From assembly GCA_965660855.1 (NCBI GenBank), contig CBFIBM010000001.1, forward strand, positions 326,705 through 390,704: a stretch of 64,000 nt of DNA, in the 5' to 3' direction. The notes below the pieces were generated by a model. The model saw nothing but the letters and a program-made list of their open reading frames with translations, was not told where the DNA came from and made no database searches. The DNA is from an uncultured bacterium (GTDB lineage: Bacteria > Fidelibacterota > Marinisomatia > Marinisomatales > UBA1611). A program made the position numbers and the translations under genes. Below, one piece after another: positions 55,548 through 64,000 of this stretch; within the stretch, counting starts at the first letter, position 1, and each line of letters starts with the position of its first letter.

Positions 55548-57922
55548 TGATTGTATCCATAGATTGGTTAAAAGAATTTGTTAATGTAGATGATAATGTA
55601 GAAGATATCTCTGAAGTATTATCAAATCTAGGACTTGAAGCAGAAATTTCTTCGGTTCCACTAAATTATCCTGGTGTAAAAGTTGGTTATGTAGAGAAAA
55701 CTGTGAAGCATCCTAATGCTGATAAACTACAAGTTTGTGATATTAATGATGGAAATTCAATTAATAAAGTTATTTGTGGTGCACCTAATGTTAAAGCTGG
55801 ACAAAATATCGCTTTTGCAACTGTAGGTACTACTTTGCCTGGGAATTTTAAAATTAAAAAAGCTAATATTAGAGGAATAAATTCATATGGCATGATTTGC
55901 TCTGAGAGGGAATTAAATCTTTCAGATGAACATGAGGGCATAATGATATTGCCCGAAAATTTAACTGTAGGGGATGATTTTAGTTCTGCATATGGTTATA
56001 AATTTATTTCTGTTGCAATTGATATTACTCCTAATAGGTCAGATGCATTTTCTTATCTAGGTGTAGCCAGAGATATTGCTACTTATAAAAATAAACCACT
56101 AAAGAAAATAAAAGTCAATAAAAGAAAACCCTATTCCAATAGAAGTGTGCAAATATCTATTGAAGATTTAACTGATTGCCCTAGATACATAGCTGGAGTT
56201 ATTAATAACATAAAAGTTAAAAGTAGCCCCGAATGGATTATTGAAAGATTAAAAGCCTCAGGTTTAAGAAGTATAAATAATATTGTTGATATTTCAAATC
56301 TGGTAATGTTGGAGATGGGACATCCCTCCCATATATTTGATTATGAATCATTACATACTAATAAAATCCATATTAGAAGGTCTAAAAATGGAGAAACTTT
56401 TAAAACTTTAGATGATAAAATACATAATTTAAAAAAAGAAAATTTATTAATTACTGATGGTGAAAAACCTATTGCTCTAGCCGGGTTAATGGGTGGTGCG
56501 AATTCATCAATTAGTTCCAAAACTAAATCTGTATTAGTTGAATGTGCATATTTTAACCCGATTACGATTAGGAAGAGTTCAAAAGTTTTAGGATTATCCA
56601 CAGATGCATCAAAAAGGTTTGAGCGGGGAGCAGATCCAAATAGTTGCGAATATGCATTTTGGAGGATTGTAAATCTTATTGAAATTTACGCGAGTGGTAC
56701 TTTAGAATCAGAAATGATTGATAACTACCCTGAAATTATTGAGAAAAAAATTATTAATTTAGATGTTGAAGAGATTGAAAATGTTTTAGGAGTTAAAATT
56801 CCTATTTCCAAAATAGAAAGTATTTTAATTGGACTAGAAATTGAACTTAAAAAGAATAAGGGTGGGTATATTTGTACTGTACCTACTTTTAGGCCTGATT
56901 TGACTCGACAAATTGATATTATTGAGGAAGTAGCGAGGGTTTATGGTTATGATTCCATACCGATAAAAAATTCAATAAACGGGAATTTCAGATTTTCAAA
57001 TCCTGATCCTGAAAAAAATTATGACCTTTTACGAACTTATTGCTCTGGATTGGGCTTTAATCAGATATATTCAAACTCACTTCAAAATAAAACTGAATCC
57101 AGCAGATCTGGAATTAACCCAGTAAAAATGATGAATCCACTAAATAAAGAAATGGGCTATTTAAGGACTGAATTAATTACAGGTTTAATAAAGGCTTCAA
57201 CTTTTAATATAAATCATGGTGCTTCAAATTTTAAATTATTTGAATTGTCAAATGTTCATGAACAGAAAGGAGAAAAATTAAATGCTATTATTGAATCAAA
57301 ACATTTAGCTGGAATTATTTATGGAAAAAATGATAATAATAATATACATAATATAAATTTTAGTGAAGATATTTATGTTCTAAAAGGAGTGTTAAGTTTT
57401 TTATTTGAGAAAAAGTTTATTACAAATCTAGAATATGAAAGGGATAAACATTCATTATTTAATGATTCATATTCAATTATTATAAATAAGAAAAAAGTTG
57501 GACATATTGGTCAAATCTCTGTACCTAATATGTCAGATATAAAAGCTAATTTAGATTCACTTCATGGGTTTTACGTTAACTTAGAACCGATTAAAGGAAT
57601 GTTAAATAGTAAAAAATTATATAAAAAAATAAATTTATTACCTCAATTACAAAGAGATTTAAATTTAGTTTTACCTCATAATCAAAATATAGGTGAGCTA
57701 GTAAACCTAATATCTAAAATAGGAAGAAATTTAGTAAAATCTGTCAAACCTATCGATATTTTTATAGATGAAAAAGCTCTTGGAAACCAATCTAAGAGTG
57801 TTACTTTCTCTATTATTTTTCAACATAAGACTAAAACACTTAAAGATAAAGATGTAAATCCTATTATTAATGAAATTATAAATGTTGCTGAAAATGAGTT
57901 TAGTGCTAAATTAAGAGTATGA
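55544..57922 (+). CDS. pheT: Phenylalanyl-tRNA synthetase beta subunit
   Basis: 792 aa with an N-terminal tRNA-binding OB domain (HPNADKLQVCDI), B3/4 and B5 domains, and a C-terminal FDX-ACB domain. 4 nt overlap with pheS. Confidence 0.95.
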   Translation: MMIVSIDWLKEFVNVDDNVEDISEVLSNLGLEAEISSVPLNYPGVKVGYVEKTVKHPNADKLQVCDINDGNSINKVICGAPNVKAGQNIAFATVGTTLPGNFKIKKANIRGINSYGMICSERELNLSDEHEGIMILPENLTVGDDFSSAYGYKFISVAIDITPNRSDAFSYLGVARDIATYKNKPLKKIKVNKRKPYSNRSVQISIEDLTDCPRYIAGVINNIKVKSSPEWIIERLKASGLRSINNIVDISNLVMLEMGHPSHIFDYESLHTNKIHIRRSKNGETFKTLDDKIHNLKKENLLITDGEKPIALAGLMGGANSSISSKTKSVLVECAYFNPITIRKSSKVLGLSTDASKRFERGADPNSCEYAFWRIVNLIEIYASGTLESEMIDNYPEIIEKKIINLDVEEIENVLGVKIPISKIESILIGLEIELKKNKGGYICTVPTFRPDLTRQIDIIEEVARVYGYDSIPIKNSINGNFRFSNPDPEKNYDLLRTYCSGLGFNQIYSNSLQNKTESSRSGINPVKMMNPLNKEMGYLRTELITGLIKASTFNINHGASNFKLFELSNVHEQKGEKLNAIIESKHLAGIIYGKNDNNNIHNINFSEDIYVLKGVLSFLFEKKFITNLEYERDKHSLFNDSYSIIINKKKVGHIGQISVPNMSDIKANLDSLHGFYVNLEPIKGMLNSKKLYKKINLLPQLQRDLNLVLPHNQNIGELVNLISKIGRNLVKSVKPIDIFIDEKALGNQSKSVTFSIIFQHKTKTLKDKDVNPIINEIINVAENEFSAKLRV

Positions 57923-58104
57923 AAGATAAATCATTACTTCATGAATTAGATCTCAAGGTTAGGCAATTAGTTGCATCCTTGGAAAGAGAGAAAGCTAAAA
58001 ATATAAATTCAAATGAAGCAGAAGCTGCTACAAAAAAGTTAGGTTTAGTGAAATCTAAGATTGAAAACTTAGTTTCCTTAATTGATCAATTGGAGAGTGT
58101 TTAG
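57919..58104 (+). CDS. Small coiled-coil protein (possibly ZapB-like)
   Basis: 61 aa predicted all-helical ORF. It overlaps the pheT stop by 4 nt and abuts zapA. No family is certain. Confidence 0.55.
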   Translation: MKDKSLLHELDLKVRQLVASLEREKAKNINSNEAEAATKKLGLVKSKIENLVSLIDQLESV

Positions 58105-58395
58105 ATGTCAGAAGATAATAACCAAGTTAAAATTTCTATCTTTGGTCAAGAATATTCCGTTAAAGCACCAGCTGACCCTGAATATATAAAAAAAATTGCA
58201 GAATTTCTTGATGGGAAAATGAGAGAGGTACAGTCTGGATTTTCGACTACTCAATCATCCACCAGAATTGCAATTTTAGCAGGGATGAACATAACTGATG
58301 AATTGTTTAACGCCAGACAATCTGGTGAATCAACAGATAATGATACAGAACAAAAAATTTCTTCACTCATCGATCTTATCGATGAGACTTTATAG
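58105..58395 (+). CDS. zapA: Cell division protein ZapA
   Basis: VKISIFGQEYSVKAPADPEYIKKIAEFLDGKMREV is the typical ZapA N-terminal pattern; 96 aa. Confidence 0.85.
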   Translation: MSEDNNQVKISIFGQEYSVKAPADPEYIKKIAEFLDGKMREVQSGFSTTQSSTRIAILAGMNITDELFNARQSGESTDNDTEQKISSLIDLIDETL

Positions 58396-58415
58396 CTAAT
58401 AAATATACATTTTAA

Positions 58416-59315
58416 ATGAGTGATCCGAAAATTTTATCTGGTAAGGATGTAAGTATTGATGTCTATAAAAGTTTATCAAAAAGAATAAAATTATTAAAAG
58501 ATAAAAAAATTATTCCTAGTTTAGCTGTTATTCTCGTTGGTGATAATCCCGCTTCTAGTGTTTATGTTAGGTCTAAAGCAAAAACATTTAAAAAGCTTAA
58601 CTTATTTAGCAAAACTTTTACTCTTTCTTCAGATGTATCTTCCGAAGATTTATTAGATTTAATATTTAAATTAAATCAAAATGTTAAATATCATGGGATA
58701 TTAGTTCAGCTTCCTCTTCCAAAACATATTAATTCTCAAAAAATAATTGATTCTATAAGTCCAGAAAAGGATGTTGACGGGTTTCATCCACAAAATGTAG
58801 GTCTACTTACCATTGGAAACCCCAGATTTATACCATGTACTCCCAAGGGAATTATGCGTATCTTGGAATACTATTCAATCTCTCTTGAAGGAAAACATGT
58901 TGTCATAGTCGGACGTAGCAATATTGTCGGCAGGCCAATTTCCATTCTTTGCAGTCACAAAGGTTTAAATAAAAATGCCACTGTCACAATTTGTCACTCT
59001 GGATCTAAAGATATTTCAAATTATACTAGAGTAGCAGATGTAGTGATGGTTGCTTTAGGGGTTCCTAATTTTCTTTCTGCAGAAATGATTAAAAAAGATG
59101 CAATTATTATTGATGTTGGAATAAATAGAGTTGAATCACGTACTGTATCAAAAGGATATGAATTGGTTGGGGATGCTGATTTTAAAAATCTTATAAAAAA
59201 AGTTTCTTCTATTACTCCTGTTCCAGGCGGTGTTGGTCCTATGACAATTGCAATGCTAGTTGAAAATACTGTAGAGTCAGCCGAAGCTATGTATAAATTT
59301 AATACTATTTCATAG
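58416..59315 (+). CDS. folD: Bifunctional methylenetetrahydrofolate dehydrogenase/cyclohydrolase FolD
   Basis: VGDNPASSVYVRSK, GILVQLPLP, VDGFHP, VVIVGRSNIVGRP and TPVPGGVGPMT. Confidence 0.95.
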   Translation: MSDPKILSGKDVSIDVYKSLSKRIKLLKDKKIIPSLAVILVGDNPASSVYVRSKAKTFKKLNLFSKTFTLSSDVSSEDLLDLIFKLNQNVKYHGILVQLPLPKHINSQKIIDSISPEKDVDGFHPQNVGLLTIGNPRFIPCTPKGIMRILEYYSISLEGKHVVIVGRSNIVGRPISILCSHKGLNKNATVTICHSGSKDISNYTRVADVVMVALGVPNFLSAEMIKKDAIIIDVGINRVESRTVSKGYELVGDADFKNLIKKVSSITPVPGGVGPMTIAMLVENTVESAEAMYKFNTIS

Positions 59316-59388
59316 CGCCCGTAGCTCAGCTGGATAGAGCATTAGATTCCGGTTCTAAAGGTCACAGGTTCAAATCCTGTCGGGCGCA
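59315..59388 (+). tRNA. tRNA-Arg (anticodon CCG)
   Basis: Acceptor GCGCCCG/CGGGCGC, D-arm GCTC-AGCTGGATA-GAGC, anticodon stem TTAGA/TCTAA with loop TTCCGGT, and T-arm ACAGG-TTCAAAT-CCTGT. The first base is the G of the folD TAG stop. Confidence 0.9.
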
Positions 59389-59478
59389 CTATTAATGTTA
59401 ATTTAATATAAATACCTAAAAAGGATAATTATCAAAAAGAATACAATATTAGGAATAGCTATTTGTTTAATATTATCA

Positions 59479-60507
59479 TTGGCAAGCTACCTTATAAAGG
59501 ATTCTATTACTGTTAATATTTTCAGATTGCCTAAAAATACGATTTCACCAATTACTTTAGCCATAATCGGGGGCTTATTTCTAAGACAATTTTTTGATTA
59601 TTTTTCAGTGTTTGATGATGGTTATCAATACTGTATTAAAAAATTATTAAAAATAGGAATAATTTTACTCGGTATGAGATTAAGCTTTTTACAAATGCTT
59701 GATGTATCATTTGCATCTGTTTTGATAGTTATTCCAATTATTATTCTTACTATTACAAGTGTTTTAACCATAAGTAAATATTTAAAAATTCAAAGAAGAT
59801 TATCTATATTGATCGCAGTTGGTACTAGTATTTGCGGTGCATCTGCGATTGCAGCTGCATCACCAGCAATAAATGCAAAAAAAGAAGAAATGTCCTATGC
59901 AATAGCTAACATAACGTTATTCGGTTTATTCAGTATGATTTGCTATCCATATTTTGCAAATATTATATTTCCAGAAAATTCTTTTGCCGTTGGATTATTT
60001 TTAGGCTCTGCAATTCATGATACTTCACAGGTAACTGGTGCAGCAATGATTTATGACCAAGTTTTTATGAGTTCTGATGTATTAAACATAGCAACAGTTA
60101 CAAAACTATTAAGAAATACTGCAATGGTCGCTGTAATTCCATTTTTAGCCATAAAATTTACCTCATCAGATCATAAAATAAAAAGGTCAAGAAATATTTT
60201 TAAACTGTTTCCAATGTTTATTTTAGGTTTTATATTTTTTGTTTTTTTAAGAAGTCTTGGAGATTTCTTTTTCCTTGAAGGTAAGTATATATTTGGATAT
60301 TTGAATACAGATAATTGGATGAAAAGTATTTCTATTCTATCATTTTTATCAAAATTTTTATTAACTACTTCTATGGCAGCGATTGGGTTATCAACTAATT
60401 TAAGAGTTCTTAAAAATATGGGTTTGAAAACTTTTTATTTTGGTTTTACCATTTGTTGTTTTGTTGGTTTAATTTCTATTACAATAATTAAAATTATTAT
60501 CATTTAA
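59479..60507 (+). CDS. YeiH/UPF0324 family membrane protein (putative sulfate exporter family)
   Basis: Multi-TM protein with AVGTSICGASAIAA and GSAIHDTSQV motifs. The frame is open upstream to 59407 without an ATG, so the start (TTG 59479) is uncertain. Confidence 0.8.
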   Translation: MASYLIKDSITVNIFRLPKNTISPITLAIIGGLFLRQFFDYFSVFDDGYQYCIKKLLKIGIILLGMRLSFLQMLDVSFASVLIVIPIIILTITSVLTISKYLKIQRRLSILIAVGTSICGASAIAAASPAINAKKEEMSYAIANITLFGLFSMICYPYFANIIFPENSFAVGLFLGSAIHDTSQVTGAAMIYDQVFMSSDVLNIATVTKLLRNTAMVAVIPFLAIKFTSSDHKIKRSRNIFKLFPMFILGFIFFVFLRSLGDFFFLEGKYIFGYLNTDNWMKSISILSFLSKFLLTTSMAAIGLSTNLRVLKNMGLKTFYFGFTICCFVGLISITIIKIIII

Positions 60508-60512
60508 TATCA

Positions 60513-61178
60513 ATGATTTTTTTTCTTTTATTATTTTTTAAAATCTCTTTCCTTTTTGGGGCTTATCCAAATAAGGAAGACATTTCTTCCTTTTTAAATG
60601 CAAAATTTAGTGGTGATACTTCTCTGGTTAATGAGTACATATCTGATAATTTTATTTATTATCATGCTCCGTTTATTGGATTAGGAATAAAAGCTTTTTA
60701 TGTAGATGGTGGATTGTTAGTAACGGATGTATTCAATGATTCATTACAAACAAATTTATCAGTGGGAGATAGAATACATGAATTTAATGGTCATACTGTG
60801 AATAAAGAAGGTATACTTATTAAAGGAGCAGTTGGAGATATCCAAGAATTAATAATTACCAAGAAAGATTCTTCTTCTTTTTCGAGCCTTAAGATACCTC
60901 TCTCAATTATAAGAGAAAGTGAAAACTCTTCAACCTTTCTAAAAAATATTAAAAGTTATTCTGATTTATGGTATGATTATGATTTTACACTAAACGAGTT
61001 TTTTTCAAAAAAAAATAAGATTTTCATCCATTATAGTTGGGAAGGATCACTGGAGGAAAATTCTAATGTATATCATTTTGATGCATTCGAAGTATTTACT
61101 ACTGATAAAAAAACTGGATTAATTTTAGATTCAAAATCCTTGTGGAACGAATTACAGTTTAGAAATCAATTTAAATAG
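60513..61178 (+). CDS. Secreted hypothetical protein
   Basis: 221 aa ORF with a signal peptide and a possible PDZ-like insert (LSVGDRIHEFNGHTV). No family assigned. Confidence 0.5.
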   Translation: MIFFLLLFFKISFLFGAYPNKEDISSFLNAKFSGDTSLVNEYISDNFIYYHAPFIGLGIKAFYVDGGLLVTDVFNDSLQTNLSVGDRIHEFNGHTVNKEGILIKGAVGDIQELIITKKDSSSFSSLKIPLSIIRESENSSTFLKNIKSYSDLWYDYDFTLNEFFSKKNKIFIHYSWEGSLEENSNVYHFDAFEVFTTDKKTGLILDSKSLWNELQFRNQFK

Positions 61179-61962
61179 AGTTTAGCTCTTTTAAAAGTTG
61201 ATGGTAAATATTAGGGTTGGCCACAACAATGTTTTTATCGGTATTTAGATTATACTTTTCTCCATTTATTTTCGAAACTATACATCCCGATTCTTGTGCT
61301 ATTAAAATACCTGCTGCAGTATCCCACGGATAAAGATCATATTCCCAGAATCCATCAATTTTCCCCTCTGCTACGTGACAGATATCTATTGCAGCAGCAC
61401 CTAACCTTCGAACGCCTTGTGTTAAGCCAGTTAAATGTTTAAATAATTTCATATTTTTATTCCATAATTCACCATGCTCGTAACCGAACCCTGTAGTTAG
61501 TAAAGAATGAATTAATTCTGAAGTAGTGGAACAAAAAATTCTACTGCCCTCACAATATGCACCTTCTGAATCTATTGCAGAATAAAGTTTAATATTTGGC
61601 ATTTCTAATACTGCTGCAATTAAGGGTCTGTTCTTATATAATAATCCTATGGAAACTGCAAAACAAGGATATCTGTGTACAAAATTTGTTGTTCCATCCA
61701 AAGGATCAATTACCCATAAAAAATCAGAGTTGTTTAAAACTTTTCCTGATTCTTCAGCTAAAAAGCTATGGTCAGGGTAGGATGATTGGATTATCTTTTT
61801 TATTAGTTTTTCAGAACTTTTATCCGTTTCGGTAACTAAGTTTGTTCTACCTTTCTGATCAATAGTTTTTGGACCATCGAGTGCTTCCATAATAAGGTTT
61901 GAAGCTGCAATTGCCGCTTCTACAGCCACATCAAGTAATTTATTTTTGTTTGTAAGGGACAT
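61171..61962 (-). CDS. suhB: Inositol monophosphatase family protein (SuhB-like)
   Basis: FLAEESG, WVIDPLDGTTNF and YPWDTAAG motifs. There is an 8 bp tail-to-tail overlap with the convergent upstream ORF. Confidence 0.85.
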   Translation of the reverse strand: MSLTNKNKLLDVAVEAAIAASNLIMEALDGPKTIDQKGRTNLVTETDKSSEKLIKKIIQSSYPDHSFLAEESGKVLNNSDFLWVIDPLDGTTNFVHRYPCFAVSIGLLYKNRPLIAAVLEMPNIKLYSAIDSEGAYCEGSRIFCSTTSELIHSLLTTGFGYEHGELWNKNMKLFKHLTGLTQGVRRLGAAAIDICHVAEGKIDGFWEYDLYPWDTAAGILIAQESGCIVSKINGEKYNLNTDKNIVVANPNIYHQLLKELNSI

Positions 61963-63520
61963 GCTTTAACGAGAAATATTCTTTTGTAATTAGTTTTGTT
62001 GTTCCAATTAGCAAGACAATAGATATTAAATTTGGAAAAGTCATCATCCCAAGGCATGCATCTCCAAAAGCCCATACAGTTTCTAATTCTGCAATAGCCC
62101 CAATAAAAACAAATAAAACATATATGTATAGGTAAGGTTTAATTGCTTTTTCACCAAATAAATAAACTGCAGATCTATTTCCATAAAATGACCATGCAAT
62201 CGCAGTAGAAATAGCAAAAAGAAGAACAGAAAACGTAACTATCTTATCCCCAGAATTAAAAAGAAAGCTAAGACCATTTTTAAACGCAAGAGATGTAAGT
62301 AGACTACTATTAAGGAGCTCCCGTCCTTGGAAATAACCAGCTTCCAACGCACGCTGAACTTCTTGTATTGAGTTTGCAGAAATTTTAACATAAAATTCAG
62401 TGTGCATCCAAGTATCTGTAGAAATAATCACTAATGCTGTCATCGTGCAAATGATTAGGGTATCAATATAGGGCCCTAACATTGCTACTGCACCTTCACG
62501 TACGGGATATTTTGTCTTTGCTGTACTGTGTGCTATTGCTGCAGATCCTTGTCCTGCTTCATTTGAATAGAGGCCTCTTTTAATACCCCAAAGCATAGTC
62601 ATAAGGATTCCACCACTTGTACCCGCAACGGTTGCAGGTGGATTAAAAGCCATTTGTATGATTAAACTAAAACTATTAGAAATTTTATCAATATTATAAA
62701 GTATAATGGTTGCCGCTGCAGTTACATATATTAAAGCCATAAAAGGCGCTAAAAATCCAGTAAATGTACCAATTCTACTGATACCTCCAATTATGACAGC
62801 TGCGACTATAATAGCTAATAAAATACCTATAAAAAATTGGAAATAAGATAATTGAAAACCATCCCATATTTCATGTTTTATAATAATAGGATGTGCATTA
62901 CCTATTATGCTAGTTGCTTCAGAGTATAACTGATCGGAAACGGTAAAAGATTGAATGGCATTCCCTGTCGCAAACGAGCAAATAACAGCAAAAGAAGCAA
63001 ATGCAACTGCCATCCATCTCCAATTTTTACCTAACCCATTTTCAATAGTATACATAGGACCACCCGCAGTGTTGCCCAATGCATCCATTTCTCTATATTT
63101 TAGTGAGAGTGTACATTCTGCAAATTTGAGAGTAGTTCCAAAAAATGCAGTGATCCACATCCAAAAAACTGCACCTGGACCACCATAATAAATAGCTGTT
63201 GCGACCCCAGCTATATTTCCTATTCCAACTGTTGCAGATAAAGCTGTTGTCAAGGCTTTAAAATGATTTAAATCGCCTTCATCATTAGGGTTATCGTATA
63301 CCCCTTTCGTTACCTCAATTCCATGTTTAAGATATCGAATCTGTGGAAATCCAAGTTTAATTGTGACATAAACACCAGCGCCTACAAGAGCTATAACCAT
63401 AATTGGTACGGATCGATTGCTTGGAAAAGACCATACCATATCAAAAACCTTTAGTCCAAACGCATACATTATAAAAATAATAATACTAAAACTTATTAAT
63501 CCTGCTGTCCTTCTATCCAT
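61940..63520 (-). CDS. Alanine/glycine:cation symporter (AGCS family)
   Basis: 526 aa multi-TM protein with GNIAGVATAIYYGGPGAVFWMW and SNEAGQGSAAIAHS. Confidence 0.9.
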   Translation of the reverse strand: MDRRTAGLISFSIIIFIMYAFGLKVFDMVWSFPSNRSVPIMVIALVGAGVYVTIKLGFPQIRYLKHGIEVTKGVYDNPNDEGDLNHFKALTTALSATVGIGNIAGVATAIYYGGPGAVFWMWITAFFGTTLKFAECTLSLKYREMDALGNTAGGPMYTIENGLGKNWRWMAVAFASFAVICSFATGNAIQSFTVSDQLYSEATSIIGNAHPIIIKHEIWDGFQLSYFQFFIGILLAIIVAAVIIGGISRIGTFTGFLAPFMALIYVTAAATIILYNIDKISNSFSLIIQMAFNPPATVAGTSGGILMTMLWGIKRGLYSNEAGQGSAAIAHSTAKTKYPVREGAVAMLGPYIDTLIICTMTALVIISTDTWMHTEFYVKISANSIQEVQRALEAGYFQGRELLNSSLLTSLAFKNGLSFLFNSGDKIVTFSVLLFAISTAIAWSFYGNRSAVYLFGEKAIKPYLYIYVLFVFIGAIAELETVWAFGDACLGMMTFPNLISIVLLIGTTKLITKEYFSLKHVPYKQK

Positions 63521-63603
63521 GAATTCTCCGAAAAATATAAATAAAGTTCTTAAACAACATGTAAAAGTATATTTAGCAAAAAGATATTAAAAGACAATTG
63601 ATT

Positions 63604-64000
63604 TTAATGTATATAATAAGAATAATTAATGGAATTAATTGTAAAAGACAATTTTGATTCGTGTTTTATGTGTTCTTTATACATTAAATATCCGGCCGTT
63701 ATACCCATCAAAGCACCAAACATTACATCAGTAGTATAATGATTATCAGATGCAATTCGATAATATCCAGTTAATGATGCTAATGAAAGAGTAGTTAACC
63801 AAATGAAATTTTTACTTTTTGGAAATTGGTTAGAAAGTAATAATGAAGTTGACGTTCCAATTGCAAATACTGTACTTGTGTGACCGCTGTAAAATGATTT
63901 ATATGATTCATTTGTTTTTCTTCTAGAAGAATCATGACGATATATAGGTCTTTCTCTACTTGATATATTCTTTGTAAAATTAGTAATAATTCCATTTACA
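63604..64000 (-). CDS. PAP2-family phosphatase, C-terminal part (5' end beyond right edge)
   Basis: Absent from the ORF track because there is no Met in the window. Manual minus-strand translation gives ...TKNISSRERPIYRH...SFYSGHTSTVFAIG...YRIASDNHYTTDVMFGALMG...*. It carries all three PAP2 motifs (KxxxxxxRP, SGH, RxxxxxHxxxD). The listed ORF 63795..63995 is in the wrong frame. Confidence 0.8.
   Translation of the reverse strand, partial: VNGIITNFTKNISSRERPIYRHDSSRRKTNESYKSFYSGHTSTVFAIGTSTSLLLSNQFPKSKNFIWLTTLSLASLTGYYRIASDNHYTTDVMFGALMGITAGYLMYKEHIKHESKLSFTINSINYSYYIH

Noticed and set aside
63795-63995. 66 aa minus-strand ORF from the track
   Set aside because: It is in the wrong frame. Another minus-strand frame gives a clean PAP2 phosphatase with all three signature motifs running to the window edge.
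1-64000. CRISPR arrays, rRNA genes, transposases, integrases, prophage or IS elements
   Set aside because: I found no regularly spaced direct repeats and no ORF with transposase, integrase or phage structural motifs. The only repeats seen are in-frame protein repeats and paralogous domains (T9SS CTDs, yceI copies).

Overview
AT-rich, very gene-dense bacterial chromosome segment. GC is about 25-30% in the stretches I hand-counted, there are many 1-8 nt gene overlaps, and TGA is used as a normal stop. Two housekeeping blocks are present: ftsEX-grpE-dnaJ ... rsmD-coaD-icd-obg at the left, and rsmI-tmk-ctp-tRNAVal-thrS-infC-rpmI-rplT-pheST-zapA-folD-tRNAArg at the right. Between them lies a roughly 35 kb accessory-like stretch. 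It encodes two class III nucleotidyl cyclases, five secreted proteins with T9SS type-A C-terminal sorting domains (NPFNP...K), small lipoproteins, DNA-repair/nuclease genes (PD-(D/E)XK nuclease, DEDDh exonuclease, mutT, dinB, DUF45) and a lysine-catabolic lat/P6C-dehydrogenase cluster. T9SS cargo combined with clear Shine-Dalgarno use suggests an FCB-superphylum marine bacterium, possibly Marinimicrobia-like; this is inference only. I saw no CRISPR array, rRNA, transposase or integrase. The most interesting signal is at 28904-30124. A single in-frame TGA sits exactly at the first Cys of the CxxC motif of a TlpA/redoxin fold, followed by a SECIS-like hairpin, in a protein that also has a signal peptide, a lamin-tail domain and a T9SS sorting domain. 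This is a candidate surface-exported selenoprotein. Other notable points:
- A deletion scar left an hxlR remnant and a yceI pseudogene.
- A PNGase F-like T9SS cargo sits next to a LamG/dockerin protein.
- infC has a non-AUG (ATA) start overlapping thrS.
- Two tRNA genes abut coding sequences.
- A local GC-rich patch covers rpmI-rplT.
- DnaJ carries only two of the four CxxCxGxG motifs.
- Two edge-truncated genes are missing from the ORF track (CaCA antiporter at 1-451, PAP2 phosphatase at 63604-64000).
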